A DNA stretch of 63,853 nt, the filler included, from Basidiobolus ranarum (lineage: Eukaryota), in assembly GCA_040143965.1 (NCBI GenBank). It is 5 parts of 5 records of this genome, joined end to end, with 100 filler letters (N's around TTAATTAATTAA, not from the genome) between each part and the next. Parts side by side here need not be neighbours in the genome. Positions count along the whole stretch, not along the records: positions 1 to 12,726 come from JASJQH010000525.1; positions 12,827 to 25,540 come from JASJQH010000526.1; 3 more parts are not named here. One strand, 5' to 3'. Numbering within the stretch: the stretch's first letter is position 1; each line of letters opens with the position of its first letter. The translations under genes and the position numbers were made by a program. A model generated the notes under the pieces. That model saw nothing but the letters and a program-made list of their open reading frames with translations, searched no databases and was not told where the DNA came from. Below, piece by piece: positions 1-13,542 of the stretch.

Positions 1-580
1 GTTTGTGGTTATACTACGGAGGCTGCTGTCTCTAGTGATAAACTTGTTTTGAACTTTGTTCTTCTCCATCAGATAATTGCTACTGCTTTCAACTCAAGCA
101 GTTTAGATATGAAGTCTTATCTTGGAAAAACTCTAGCCTTTAGTATAGTTGATTCATAGTTATCAATAGGTTATTTTCAAGAAGACCGCTGTTCAACAAG
201 TAAATGTTGCCTCTACTTCTGGTGATAGGGGCATACTTGACAACCATGTTCCTTCCATTAAATAACTTCGCCCAGGCATACTCGAAGCCATCACCGACAA
301 TGAAACTCAAAGATGGTTTGGTAAATACCAAATGTTAAGTGGTTATATTTCATTTGAAATACCCTCATAATATATTCCTCAAATAGTTAGTGGTGGATTT
401 GCTATCGTGAACCCGATTCTACTGTAAACATCAGCGCTGTGGAGGCATTCGGAGTAGAAGATCTCAGTGCCGAGATTGTCAAAGAGTGCTAGTCAGACTC
501 TTGGATCTAACACTTCGGAGGAAGAAAAGATAATTGCTAAAGTTCAGTTGGAAGTGTGGTTGGTAAATCAGCCTAATTAG
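1..580 (+). pseudogene. ATP16: ATP synthase F1 delta subunit pseudogene (5' truncated by window start)
   Basis: Manual translation gives GYTTEAAVSSDKLVLNFVLLHQ / VIFKKTAVQQVNVASTSGDRGILDNHVPSIK*LRPGILEAITDNETQRWF / VSGGFAIVNP-DSTVNISAVEAFGVEDLSAEIVKE...EEEKIIAKVQLEV, which matches the F1-delta pattern. Lesions: first donor reads AT instead of GT (73-74), TAA at 263-265, 1-nt frameshift near 412-414, TAG at 490-492. Confidence 0.85.
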
Positions 581-1402
581 CATAAATCATAGTTGAGAGC
601 ATTCATTCTCAAGCATCGTACTAGTCTTTTTCATCTTCATTCATTGAACATGATTGGTTACATTCGAATAACTCTCAATGGCCTTCACATCAAGAATATA
701 TCGATTTTTAGACATATTTAATAAGGAACCCACTTCGTGATCATTCGGGTTTGATTGTTTAGAGTTTGCATGGTTGTATACTGACGTTTGACACTGAACC
801 CATATCAGCGTTGATTTAGCGGGCACCTGAACTGTGGTAAAATACGATATATTGCTAGCACAAATAGCTACTTTGCTACGTTGTCTATTTACAATTGTTC
901 TCGAACTCTCAAGTATGCCTAACATCGTTCATTCTACTTCTCCCAAAAGCTAGTAGTGTCAATACATATAGGGTGGATAGGCAAAAACTAGGCAAAAACT
1001 ATAAATTCGATCATCTCATCTAACAACTACCAGGCACCAATCATTAATAGACATGCTACTCACGAGAGGTTACACTAGTAATGTGGAACAACAAACCCCT
1101 GAAAGCACTGCAGACACTAGATATACTAGACATTCCAGTTTAACACACTCAATTGCAAGTAGAGAGAAACATTTTACTAGATAACGACTTCCGATGATTA
1201 TCTGGCTGATGTATGGATATATTATAATGGGGTAACATATGTGGATATTTATATTTATATAATGGGGTATTTTCAGTGAGAATGAAAGACATGCTTGTTT
1301 ACAAAGCCATTAAATATTAATGATGAAAAGTGGACTATGCAACATCATTGAATGCTATGGATATGGATGAAATGAATGGAGGATGTAGTTGTTGGATGGT
1401 GA

Positions 1403-2248
1403 TTAGTTTTCTCTAAAATATTCTCTTCCTCTCATTCTCATCCACTTGTTAGCAACTCCGCCGAGTGAGAATGCTGGGAGAATTCGAACCATACGAATGG
1501 CAGTGGTTGGACCTGTTTCTTTTTTCAAAAACGACATACGTTGAGCTGTGGTGATTCCCGGCCTATTATACAAGTCCAACCCTGTTAAATGAAGTGGCGT
1601 AGAGAGAAATTGTACACCCACTGGGGTAATAAGTTGTGCGGCAATCTCACAGTTATCTCTTGACCAGCCTACTTGCTTCTGAATCCAAGGAGCCATTGCT
1701 GGAGGAAGGTTAAAGGATGCGGCGATCGTTAAACAATCACGAGCAATAAAGCACCCATAGGAAAGAGGAGGAAGGGGTCTAGCTTTAGCAGTGGAGCCAA
1801 ACCATTGAGCTAACAATTTATCTCTGAGTAAGCTCAATCCGATATTAGCAATTGAAGAAGCAACAAACTTCGGGAATTGCCAAGGTTGATCATAATGGTT
1901 GCAGATGGTTTCGGTCCAGTTGGCAACTGCATAAGTACCGGAGTATACGGCAAACATGATCATAAATGTTGGCTGTCTAACGAATTTATGAGGGGCAGTA
2001 AACAAATCCTTGAGTCCTGCCCGTAAGCCTTCACCTAAACTCTGACGACCACTGGCATTGGATACAACAGACTTGTCAATAATAGCAACCAAGGGAGAAA
2101 CAAAGGTCGAAGACACTAAAGCAGCTGACAAATCAGTCAAAAGTAACCCACGATAGCTGTACTTGGGACTCTCGTTTTGGTTAAGAGTAGGAACAGCCGC
2201 AGTTGCTTGTCTAACCAAAGAACTAGTAGGGAGGGCTTTTGAATCCAT
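1403..2248 (-). CDS. Conserved multi-pass, probably mitochondrial membrane protein (S. pombe SPBC365.16-like, distantly sideroflexin-like)
   Basis: Intronless 281-aa ORF with motifs SPLVAIIDKSVVSNASG, YSGTYAVAN, FIARDCLTIAASFNLP, QFLSTPLHLTGLDLYNRP and RILPAFSLGGVAN, recalled as typical of this family. Confidence 0.7.
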   Translation of the reverse strand: MDSKALPTSSLVRQATAAVPTLNQNESPKYSYRGLLLTDLSAALVSSTFVSPLVAIIDKSVVSNASGRQSLGEGLRAGLKDLFTAPHKFVRQPTFMIMFAVYSGTYAVANWTETICNHYDQPWQFPKFVASSIANIGLSLLRDKLLAQWFGSTAKARPLPPLSYGCFIARDCLTIAASFNLPPAMAPWIQKQVGWSRDNCEIAAQLITPVGVQFLSTPLHLTGLDLYNRPGITTAQRMSFLKKETGPTTAIRMVRILPAFSLGGVANKWMRMRGREYFREN

Positions 2249-3037
2249 AAGAAAGTAAGCAGTAAAAGATAGGGGTAACAGATATCTTTTAATGTAAGAC
2301 TTAAGAAGTAGTGGTCGAGAGTAAAATTGGTGCGCTTGCTGCGAACATCCACATCGATTTTATATACTTTTTGAGAGGTGGCTATCGGATTGGAATATTA
2401 GGTGGCAGAGTATGGAAAATTACTCTATATCAATCCAAACAACTCCTGGGATGAGTACAACGCAGATGCAAACAGTGCAAGTACGTCACAGCTGTTGGTG
2501 GCTATGGCAGTGTATTCGGTCGTTATGACTTCAGAATATTTCGGAATAGATACGAACATTTCTTTACCGACAATTAGACTGCCACCCAATGGCCTCGTTC
2601 AGAGATACTCACGAGACGGCAGCGTCTGGAGTAGCGCGTAGGACAACAATCCCCCGGCTATATCTTGATAACCGGTTTGCTATTTATATTTCTACAATTG
2701 GTTGGAATTAAAATTCAGTGAGTATTCATGCAAAATAACCATCTAACTAGGCCGAATTCGTGGGAATGTTTTTGACATGTTTCATCCAACATGAGCCTGA
2801 ACTGAACCTTGCATGTTGTGTACACATTATATCTCACGAAGCTTTGCTAAACTGGAAAATGTCTCATCCAAGGAATGAGTGATTAATGTCGCGAGTTTTA
2901 GGTCAGTAGTTAGCTAATTCGCATTGCCCAGCTTATCTCAAACATGACCCCAGAGAATGTTGTTCCTCGTGTGACCTTTTCGTTTATGGATGAGATAAGT
3001 GCATTTTGTATCTAAATAGATTAGCAGCCTTCTCATG

Positions 3038-3107
3038 GTCTCAGCGTTTCATGTTGCGTATTTGTTGTAGAAGTCTCAGCGTTCCATGTTGCGTATTTGT
3101 TGTAGAA
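3038..3107. repeat. 35-bp tandem duplication
   Basis: GTCTCAGCGTT(T/C)CATGTTGCGTATTTGTTGTAGAA x2, one mismatch. Confidence 0.95.
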
Positions 3108-4098
3108 CATTGTGTCGAAAGAAGACGAGGCTATTTCAAGTCAGGATCAGCGTTCTAGGAATTGCTCAACAATGCCACAATGATGTATAAGTACACCCAA
3201 TCACTTAAGTAAAAACAATAAAGGCATATGCCTAAACCCTAACCCTATGTATCTACCGGTGAAGAAAGAGTAGAAAACCCTAACAACCCTAACCCCGCAA
3301 CAAGCTAACCAAAATCATGATATAGGTGGGTAATATATAGATAATCTTTTCACAGAAGTGGAGGGCAGGTGATGATTATAGGGGAATAATGTTAAATATT
3401 GTTGTCAGGATTGCAGTGGTCTAGCGTTTAATCAAATTACTAGCGATCTCCGACCTGAAATTACTACGTAGGTTGGCTCTCTTCCAATCGGGTTCAGAGC
3501 TACGGCATTTTCTTAAATCAAAATTTGACTCTTTCCACATTTACGAGCTACCTTACTCGGGTCCTTGTATTTGGAAAATATTGTCGCAAAAGCTTCTGTT
3601 AGACTTGCTATCGGCTCGCTTCTCAAGCGCTTGAATATTATATTGGAACTTTTCGCAAGGTTTTGTTTATCTTCAAAGCCAAGCGAATTGTTACTTCCCC
3701 ATTTTACACTTTTAATTATACTCCCTGCTCCGGCTATTTCCGCCACAATTGAATACCTAGGATATTAGAGACTACTCGACTTGGCTTATAGTTTTTATTT
3801 CGAGTTTCTTGCTCCATACTACGATACTCTGAACATATCGCATTCTTTTTTACCTCTACTTTTTGAAGCCCAGAATAAAGTAATTTGTTGGTTGGGCGTT
3901 TCAATTTGGTATATTATCCTTGACAAGTACATAGGTCATCTTGCTAGACAATTATTCCCCGCTCACCCTTTTCTTGTGCCTACCTGTGCGGTGAACTAAC
4001 CTACTGAAACTCATTCATTGGCTAATTATAGCTGACTTTATTCTCAAGAAACAAATTATCTTCTGATATTGCCGTACCCTTCCTCGCTTTTCCCGAAC

Positions 4099-7000
4099 AT
4101 GACTTCAAATTCAGACCTTATGAATTTAATTGAACAAGATAGAATTAACATCAAAGCGGAGCCACCTTCTCACGAGGTTTCTCCCGAGGAAATTGATTCT
4201 CCATTTTTCTCTGCTGTTACCTCGACTGTTGGTTCACCAAGAGACGCTGATAACTTCATAATCGACTACTTGTTACCACAAAGTGACGACGATAGTTTAT
4301 TTTTAAATCCCAAATTGGAGGCTTTAGATGCCGAGAGTACACTTTTTTTCACCACATCTCATCCGCATTCTCCTTTGGAGGGCACAACTCCAGCAGCCTC
4401 ACCCCCAATACCAACTGACCATAATATATTGTCACCTTCTATCATTGCGTTATCTTCACCTCCCTCACCTCTGAGTCACTCTCAACAAGCTTCACTGCAG
4501 AGGAAGTACAGTTCTGAAACACATCCTCCTCTTCAGACAGTTTCTTTTCGTGACATTATATCGAAGCAAACCGACGATGGTAAAGAAATTAAACATGAAG
4601 CTGTCATGACGACGTCAAATGAATCCGAGGATGCTATGTCTGATCTCCCTGATAGCCTGTCTCTCTATTCCCAATTGTTTGGAACACTGAATGTGAGTAT
4701 TTTGGAGATTTCCACACAACACCTCCATAACTAATGTATCTATCGAATTCAGCAAACGGTCTATCCCCAAAGTGCACCTGCTCTCGCCCAAAAATGCTTG
4801 AACTTTTCAGATTACTTGAACCGTAGAATGTAAAGATGCATGGATTTAAGCATATTTCGATTATTAGATTGACATTAACATTCGACTTCCTAATCCATAT
4901 AGTAGTCCAATCTCTAATCCACTAGAGAAATACGATGACCATTTATCCGATGGAGATATATCCGGAAAAGGGTGGGTTTTCACGATGGTCGAAAATAGAA
5001 CCATGGATCAAGCATTTCTAACGTGAATTCCCTTTTTAGTTTACAAATCCGTGTTTTAGGAGTGCCCCAGACAGGTGCTAAATCGCGGGTAGAAACGCAA
5101 ATCAAACTTTGTCTGCAGCTAGTAACGGATAAAGGAGAAAAGGTACCTCTTTGGTCGCATTTAAGGTTGCCAGAATATATGGTGGCCAAGGAGAAGCTGA
5201 AGCGGAAAAACTCGAGAGGTAATCATACAGATTCTTTCCGATGATACATGACGTGAATACTTACAGTCTTTGGATAAAGATCAAACTCTGCCCATTGTTG
5301 ACCGAGGCATACTGAACCTGGAAGCAACAGTTATTTGTGCGAGCGAAGCGCCAAAGAAGGTTTTGACATGCTTAGGCTGCGTACAGAGAGAGGTACATGT
5401 TCTGTTCATATTGTTTGTGTACATTCCACCTCTAATCCCTGGTCAATTAGCGTAAAAGGGCCCAACGAAAGAAAGAGAATAGACTCAAGAATCAACAGAA
5501 CAATGCTAACAAGCACATGGTGGGCGACGTCAATCAACAATCAAATTCTATGATGGAGTCTAACAAGCCGACCGCAATGGATCTTGATGATGAAAAAGTA
5601 ATTTCTTTACGATTATCGCGATTTGTTAATTTTCTGCTAATCACAATCCAATCCTCAGTCTCTTCAACTCGAGCAGCGAAAAATCCTACTCTTCAATTGT
5701 AACGAACTGGTCGACTTCAGTAGCGGTGATACCATCTTACCCACCAGAATCACGTGCTATTGTAGACATCACAACGAGAAAGTTGGCTTTTGGTACGTAC
5801 TTGATAGCATTCTTCTAGTAATGAAGCTCGATCACTCAGCTTATTCTATAGCATTTGTTTCGTGATGAAAGACTACACGGGTCAGGTTATAGCCACTGGC
5901 ATGTCCCCTCCTATCATGATTACTGATGATCATAAATCCTCCAAATTTAAGAGTAATCGCAAACTACGTAAAGCAGAATACGATCGCGCCCTTAAGGCTG
6001 CGAATGTTGACTCGCCTCTTAGCACCCCTTCCGCTATCCCTAGCCCAGCTCCCACGCCTATCACAATGTCACCATCCCTAGTAACAGCATTATCGACCCC
6101 ACAACAAATTTCTCCACCTGTCTCTCCAACAAATCTGACTTCTCTCAGCTCAAGTAGCTCACACCACTTGAACCTGACCTCTGTACAGTCAAGATTGAAT
6201 CTACCTCGTTTGACTGCACAAGAGATACAGAACCAGTTCCTCAAGAGTATCACAACTTTTGGCCAAGATGCTGCTAATGATAACGATGTCTCCAAATTGG
6301 AAGAGGCTCTTTCAATAGATGGCGCAACAGCTGAGTCGGTAGAAGCACAACTCCTTAGTATTCGTAGTAGACCAAGGCTCAGTAGAGTGGTGCCTGCGGA
6401 GGGTCCGATGTATGGTGGAGTGGAGATTACCGTCCTTGGAAGTGATTTTCATGGTATGGATGACCTGTATTTGATTACAATTCTATGAGATAGTTCTGAC
6501 ATGATAGCCTTTTTGTTAGATGGACTCACTTGCTTATTTGGTTCTACTCCAGCTAATGGTACACACTATTGGTCGTCTAACACTCTTGTTTGTATTCTTC
6601 CTCCTTCTCCTTCACCCGGCCCAGTTGTGGTTTCTTTCAAGGAATACCAATTCGACAGCGCTTGTGAGGACAGTGTTGTACTCTTCACATATATCGATGG
6701 TAATTTTTTTACTGCTGTGTATTGAACATGGACTGTTACTTACGTTTTAACTCACCAGAAACTGATCGGGCTCTAATGGAGTTGGCCTTACAAGTTATTG
6801 GACTCAAAACGACTGGAAAGCTTGAGGATGCTAGACAAGTTTGTTGGATTTCAATTCATTGTTTGTTCATTGGGTTTGCTTATCAACCTTCGCATTCTAG
6901 GTTGCGATGCGAATAATTGCTGGTGATTCTAATAGTGATAAAGATTCAGGCTCGTCTGGCGGTAAAACACACCACTCAAGAAACCACGATCTAAAGGAGC

Positions 7001-7856
7001 TTGAATCTTTGATCATTGATTGTTTCATGGAGCTTGACTCTTCGATCTCTGGAAATCAAACTAGTTGGACTCTTAAGGTATGATATGCTTATGTTCTTGT
7101 TTGCAGCTTTTCGTGTTATGCTAACTCATTTCTTAGAATGAGACCCAACATACTCTGTTACATTTAGCTGCACTCAGTGGTCTTGAGGCTTTATCTGAAT
7201 TTCTCATTGAAAAGGGTATTGATGTTGACTGCCAAGACACTAACGGGTATACGGGTATGTGATCTGTGCTCTCAAAGGAGTTAAAATTCTATTCTAACCG
7301 CCTTTTTCATTGGGCTTAGCTCTTCATTTTGCTGCATGGACAGGGAGAAGAAGCATTGTAGAATGTTTAACTAGAGGTAGCAAAACTCCGTAGCCTATTA
7401 GTGAGGTGTTTTTACTGATATTTTCTTAATCACTTTAGCTCAGGCCTCTACAACCTTAGAGACCAAGAATCAACTAACAGCAATGGATTTGGCACGTGAT
7501 CAATCAAGAGGTGAAATTGTTGCACTTCTTGAGGAGAGCACTCGCCTCTCTTCTAGCATCCCACTAGATGTGAGCCATTCCAACATCTTACATGGCCCAA
7601 TAAGTGAAATACAAACGGGGTATTCCGAGTCACCGAATATTATTGGTAATGCTCCGTCAAAAATGCTCCAGTCCATTAATCCGATAGGTACAATTTGGCT
7701 CGATATCTGCCCACCATTCTTATTTACTAACTCACTCAGTTTTCTTTAGCTCTTTACCAAACTATTTTGTGGCGTTATTTGGCCTCTCTATTAATCCATT
7801 CACGTGGGCAAATCCAAGCGAACAATTTGAGCTTGTGGTTACTCAAATCTTTCTAA
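4099..7856 (+). CDS. Spt23/Mga2-like transcription factor (DNA-binding-like domain, IPT/TIG, ankyrin repeats), multi-exon
   Basis: Motifs KSRVETQIKLCLQL, LPTRITCYCRHHNEKVGF, SPPIMITDDHK, IPT domain PRLSRVVPAEGPMYGGVEITVLG, DRALMELALQVIG, ankyrins HTLLHLAALSG and DTNGYTALHFAAW. GT-AG introns throughout. The 3' end is uncertain (7749 if the last intron is retained). Confidence 0.85.
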
Positions 7857-8924
7857 GATTTAACTGGCATTATTTTGATTTAATAATCACTGCATCCACT
7901 GAAATCGTTGAATTGCCATGACAGATATCATGAATTGAGCTGTAGTTTCGGGTCACGGTTACTATCGTTCTTTGTCGCGTTTGTCTAGGTTTCTCTACAA
8001 TTACTGCATTTTTAGTACGTTCCAAGTGTTATTCGTTTAATCTTTTGTAAGCTATACATCAAGGTAGCTTACATGATTGTGAGGTTTGCCGGTCGACCTC
8101 TGGGACATCTTCCTTCTCAACTGTAATAAGAGTTCTTTGAAGGGGGGTTGTTGCAGAAATTAGTCGATTATTTTTTTCTACGCCCCCCTCAAGATTCTTA
8201 GTGAGAATACCTTCATCATTCCACCTTTCTTGCTTTTATACTGTTTGTTTCCTTCGATTTTTCTTCCATTCTCCCCCCCCCCACCCCTTCAATCTTGGTT
8301 TTGTAAAAATGTACACTTCATCACATTCTTCTTAGAAATCTTCACATTAAAGCATAACAAACCCAATTTCTGCTCGTACGCAAGTTGTTTATCGGGAGGC
8401 AAGCATCATGCGCTAGTGGTATATTTTTTAGAATCAATTTGATAAAAGGATAGATCATTGTAATCAGGAATGGATTAGATTATTCCGAAATCTAGAATGC
8501 TATTCTCAAATAGAAAGAAGTGAAACATTCAAAAGATTATGGCAAGTTCCTGCGTAGAGACGTGCGTTTTCCATAGCTCTTTCTTTCTCGGTTTCCGAGT
8601 TTCTGGCAGGATTTACTCTTTACACTTATACCTCGACTTTTCAAAAAGTGAGAGCTTACTCAACTTTGGAATATTTTTCTTTTTTATACTCTTGATCACC
8701 TCACCTACTTGGCTAATCGTCACCTCGTCATCCAGTTCTCATTAAACTGTTAACCTTAAGTACAACCCGTTTGGTGCTCGTTTTTGGTAAACTTACCTCT
8801 TGCTATATTTGAAACTTTACGTATTTACTCAATATCAAATAGTAGAGCTTTCTGAGAATCCCCGAATTCATATTTTGATTTAGCTAATTAGTTACACCCC
8901 CTCCATTACGCACAATAACCCTCA

Positions 8925-11142
8925 ATGTCCATGTCGAAATCGGAAGATACATCACAACAGTGTACATGTTTTGTAGCTGTCGAAGGACAGTATGTCCTAA
9001 AAGAGAGTATTTTCTATGAGCAATTACAGCCTTGTATTACTTATGGTACACAAATATCGCTGGTTTCAGTACGGTTTAAAGAAAGCTCAAATAGGATACA
9101 AAACGCTAGTGGTAGCATAGATAGTGGTTCCAGCGAAAGAAATGGAGAGATTTTTATGAATTCATCGAAATCTGAAGAGATGGATGAGATGGAGAATATC
9201 TTCACTAGACGAGAATCGATTGTCAGCGATACCTCACAACCTCCCTTTGCTAAGGGAGGTGTGACTCCTGAAGAAGCGGGATTTTCCTCTTTATTTGGTA
9301 CAGTAAAAAGGAAGAAAACTAAAAATAATATCACCAAAACTACCTCCAGCTTTGTGGCACGAATCATTACTAACGATAACATCGCGAAAATTCTGGCCAG
9401 CAGAACAAACGAAGATACTTATTTATTTTTCAATGTTGGAAAAACCTTTCTTTGGTGTGATTTGTTTGGAAAACCAAAGGTAGAATTTCCTCCATATTCC
9501 GAAGATGCAACGTTCAAATCACATTTATTGAATCTAAAGAGTCCCCACATTAAACGCATTACTCTAGGAACCATTGTCACGTATCAACTTCAATAAGGCC
9601 AACCCCACATGCCACGACGTTAACTTACTGACACGTAGTAGCAGTCACTTGGATATCGTTATAGGATTTTCTTCGGGCGATATAATGTGGTTTGATCCTT
9701 TGAGCAACAAATATATACGCATCAACAAACAGGTACTGAGCGTTCTTGTAGCATCTATGCATACAATCTAGACTAACTTTATCTAACGTAAAAGGGAGTC
9801 ATCAATAACAGTCCAGTCACCAGCATAAAATGGATGCCCGGCTCTGAAAACTTATTCATGGCCTCACATCAGGACGGCTCGCTAATTGTATACGATAAAG
9901 AAAAGGATGACCAAAACTTCACAATCAATCCAATTCCAGAAGATGACCCGTTAGTCATTACTTTACGTAAGCTATTCATATGACAGTTGTACTTACGCAA
10001 AGCTACCTCTATATATGTCTATAGACTTCCCATTACAAAAACAAAGAATAACAAGTACAACCCAAACTGGCATTGGCGAGTTAGCAAGAAGGCCGTCACC
10101 GGTTAGTACTATATATGCAGTGGATGGTTCAATTTGATCATTTAATAACTTGAGTATAACTTGACAGCATTCGCATTCTCTCCAGATTGTCAACACATTG
10201 CTGCAGTCTGTATGGACGGATGTCTCCGAATTTTAGATTTCTTCCACGAAAAGTTGGCTTTCTCTGCATCATTTATACAATTAGACAGACATGTTGATCG
10301 ACCTATTAAATTTACTAGGTTACATGACACATATCACAGTTATTTCGGTGGCTTCACTTGCGTATGCTGGAGTCCTGATGGAAAATATGTTCTAGTAAGC
10401 TACAACTTGCTTCTGACCACCTTGTTGTCTAATTTGAATTGATCTTTACCGCAATCATTATAAACTAGACCGGTGGACAGGATGATCTTGTGACCATTTG
10501 GGCGTTCAGGGAGCAAAGAATCGTTGCTAGATGCCAAGGACACCAATCTTGGGTGTGTTCTCATTGTAATTGGCATAGTGTATTTCTGATATTAACATTC
10601 AATCCTTCATTTAGGTGACTGGAGTCGCTTTTGATCCCTGGCGTTGTGACGAAAAAAACTACAGGTTCGGTAGTGTTGGTGAAGATACTAAACTGCTTCT
10701 GTGGGATTTCTCGGTTAATGCTCTCCATAGACCTAAAGGGGTTAGTGTTTACTGTGTCTGGAAGTAAGTCAGCAAGTGTATTCTAACTTCACTCTTTTGC
10801 TAGCACTCCAACATTAGACGTGGAAGTATTCCCTTCGTTTTACCTACACTTCCCAGACGTAGAATTAATGATATAGAAATCGATGATCGAAGAGGAGTAG
10901 TACACCCCGTTTTGTCCAAAACCGATGTTGCTATTCTACAACCCGTCATGGTAAACCTTGTGTGCACTTTTAAATCATAGAGCATCTTATTCATCGCGAT
11001 TTTCCCCAACCTTTTGGCATTTTAGGCTAGGAGTATTCATAGTGAACCACTTAGTACTGTGGCCTTTCGTGAAGATGCTGTTATAACGACATGTAGACGA
11101 GGCCATATCAAAGTATGGTTGCGTCCTGAACTTGACAGCTAA
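8925..11142 (+). CDS. creC: WD40 protein CreC / WDR20-DMWD family (deubiquitinase cofactor), multi-exon
   Basis: [110 protein letters not shown]; ends [13 protein letters not shown]. Confidence 0.9.
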
Positions 11143-12356
11143 TGAGTTTATGTGGCCTTTAATAGTCTAGAATGCGACATTAACTATTCTCAGCTCTCAG
11201 TGACACATTATAATTTCTCTCCCTCTCCAAAATTATCCTCTGCAGTAAGTCCGATTAAATTTCTTCTTTCACGAAGACTAAAAATATTTGTGTTATGGTG
11301 AATCGTCTTTTGTTTGATAATATCCGCAGAATGTCACTAATTTAATCCTGCTTTGTTGGTCCATATCGACCTTGCAGTACTTTTGTCGCCTTTTATTTTC
11401 TTAGCTATACCGATTCTATTCGCTATATCCTCAAGCAGTCGTAAAGAACCAATTGGTAGTCAATAAATCAACACAAGCATCGATCAATTACACTCACAAT
11501 ATATTTACAATGACGTTTCGCGTCACTCCATCTACCAGGGTTGTTATTACGTAGACCTCCCATCCTGCACTTTGGTTGGGGAGTAGATTTGATTAAGATT
11601 TTTGCTAGTTAAGAGTCGTTGTATGCATCAGACCCTCGCGTTCATTGGTTTTGAATATTGTAAGCATTCAAATGAAATCAATGTGATATTGCGGCAACTA
11701 CGAATTGTGCTTTTTTTTCCTTCATTTTTATTGGATTTCCACTAGATCAAGTGAGCATTTCATAAGGGGTAGAGATTTTTTTTATCTAATCCCTCGCTGG
11801 TTGAAGTTCTCCATCCGTTCGTTCGTTCCTCCTTTATTCACCTGCATCCAAGGTAAAGTCATGATCATAAAGGATGCGGAGAAGTCAGTTCACTACAGTT
11901 AATATCGCGTACCACTCTTAGCTGCTCGTTCGTCTTTTTAGAGTTTGATGTTTTTCGTGTGGTCTTTGGATCATATTGATGTATTGCTTGACAACTCTTC
12001 AATAGACTCACATTACCTGTAAGTCCAAGCATTTTAATGCCTGGCACATACTACGCGTATTATTACAATCATCCCTGCACTTAGTTACTTTAGAAAGTAA
12101 CTATCTGTGAAGATGTATTTCACTACGTTTAGTATGTTAACAGAGATGCGCGTTCGATCTATTGAACTATTTCAACCCAACTATGTATTGGCTTGAAAAC
12201 GCGAACGAGTAGTGGAGGGGCTCCTTTGTTAATTGACTTGTGGTTTCTGGCTTGCTCAGCTGCTCCTTTAGTTTTTATCTCCTCCGTACGTTATTTGAAC
12301 AGTCAATTGATTCCTTTTTTCCGCTTCTATCTGGGTTATTAGCTCTTCCTACAAAT

Positions 12357-12597
12357 ATGGCCGACCACGCTGACGATCTCATTGATTATGAAGAAGATGA
12401 GGAAACCATCCAACCCGAAGTTGCCGTAGCTGATGTTGCCCAACCTTCTGGTGAAGATCAAGACGGTGACAAAGACGATAAAAAGGATAAAAAGGGTAGT
12501 TACGTAGGTGTTCATTCCACCGGTTTCAGAGATTTCCTCTTAAAACCCGAATTATTGAGAGCAATTGTGGATTGTGGTTTTGAGCATCCTTCAGAAG
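12357..12597 (+). CDS. SUB2: DEAD-box RNA helicase Sub2/UAP56, first exon (truncated by contig end)
   Basis: [16 protein letters not shown]...[36 protein letters not shown], followed by a GT donor at 12598. Confidence 0.95.
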
Positions 12598-12726
12598 GTA
12601 CACACACTAAGCATATAGCGATCTTGAAGATGATATAAAAAAACAGTGTAGGGCTATGGTAAAAAAAATAAGAAAAGCAAAAAAAGAATTGTTGCTCAAG
12701 TATAATATGTCAGAATTGCAAAATAA

Positions 12727-12826
12727 NNNNNNNNNNNNNNNNNNNNNNNNNNNNNNNNNNNNNNNNNNNNTTAATTAATTAANNNNNNNNNNNNNNNNNN
12801 NNNNNNNNNNNNNNNNNNNNNNNNNN
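12727..12826. other. Artificial contig spacer
   Basis: N44-TTAATTAATTAA-N44, stops in all six frames. Confidence 0.99.
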
Positions 12827-12836
12827 CGCGTAAAAG

Positions 12837-13542
12837 ATGCACTTTAAATCAAAATTCCTTAAAGATTTCTGGCATTTGAACGTTGCCATGTGGAACACCA
12901 ATAATGCATTGGTTCCTGACGCTGACAAATACGATCATCTAGCATCAGAACCTCACCAGTGGCCCATTCTGTCGGTCGCTCTACGTATGTGCTCTTGGTC
13001 GGATGATGATATCAAGTTTTTCTTGGTAGGGCATCCAATAGTGTGGTGGGGTAGTACTCTTTCTTTGATCGTTTTCATTGCTGTCGTTTTTACCTCACAA
13101 ATTCGTATCGCTCGTAAATATAATGACTGGCAGCCAGGTAAAGATTTTCATTTATTCTTCATAATACTGGGAAATAGTCACTAAAACTATCTTCACACAA
13201 ACCATGGGATATTTAGGAGAATGGGAGCACTTTTCAGCCATTGGTAAAATTATATTCCTTGGATGGTTCCTTCACTACATCCCCTTTTATATTATGGGAC
13301 GTGTAATGTACATCCATCATTACTTCCCCGCCTTGTACTTTGCAATCTTAATGTCAGGACTTTTGATGGATTTCTTCACACGTAGACAAACCAAGTCCGT
13401 TCAAAATGTTGTATTTGGATTAGCATATCTCATTTTAATCGTGATATTCCTTTATTTTGCTCCCTTTGCCTTTGGATTTACCGGACCGGCGGAGGATATG
13501 GCGGGCAGACAATGGATCTCCAGTTGGAATCTTTACGATTAG
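12837..13542 (+). CDS. PMT2: Dolichyl-phosphate-mannose protein O-mannosyltransferase (PMT2 subfamily), C-terminal exons
   Basis: DFWHLNVAMWNTNNALVPDADKYDHLASEPHQWP, LRMCSW, GWFLHYIPFYIMGRVMYIHHYFPALYFA; intron about 13138-13218. Confidence 0.9.
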
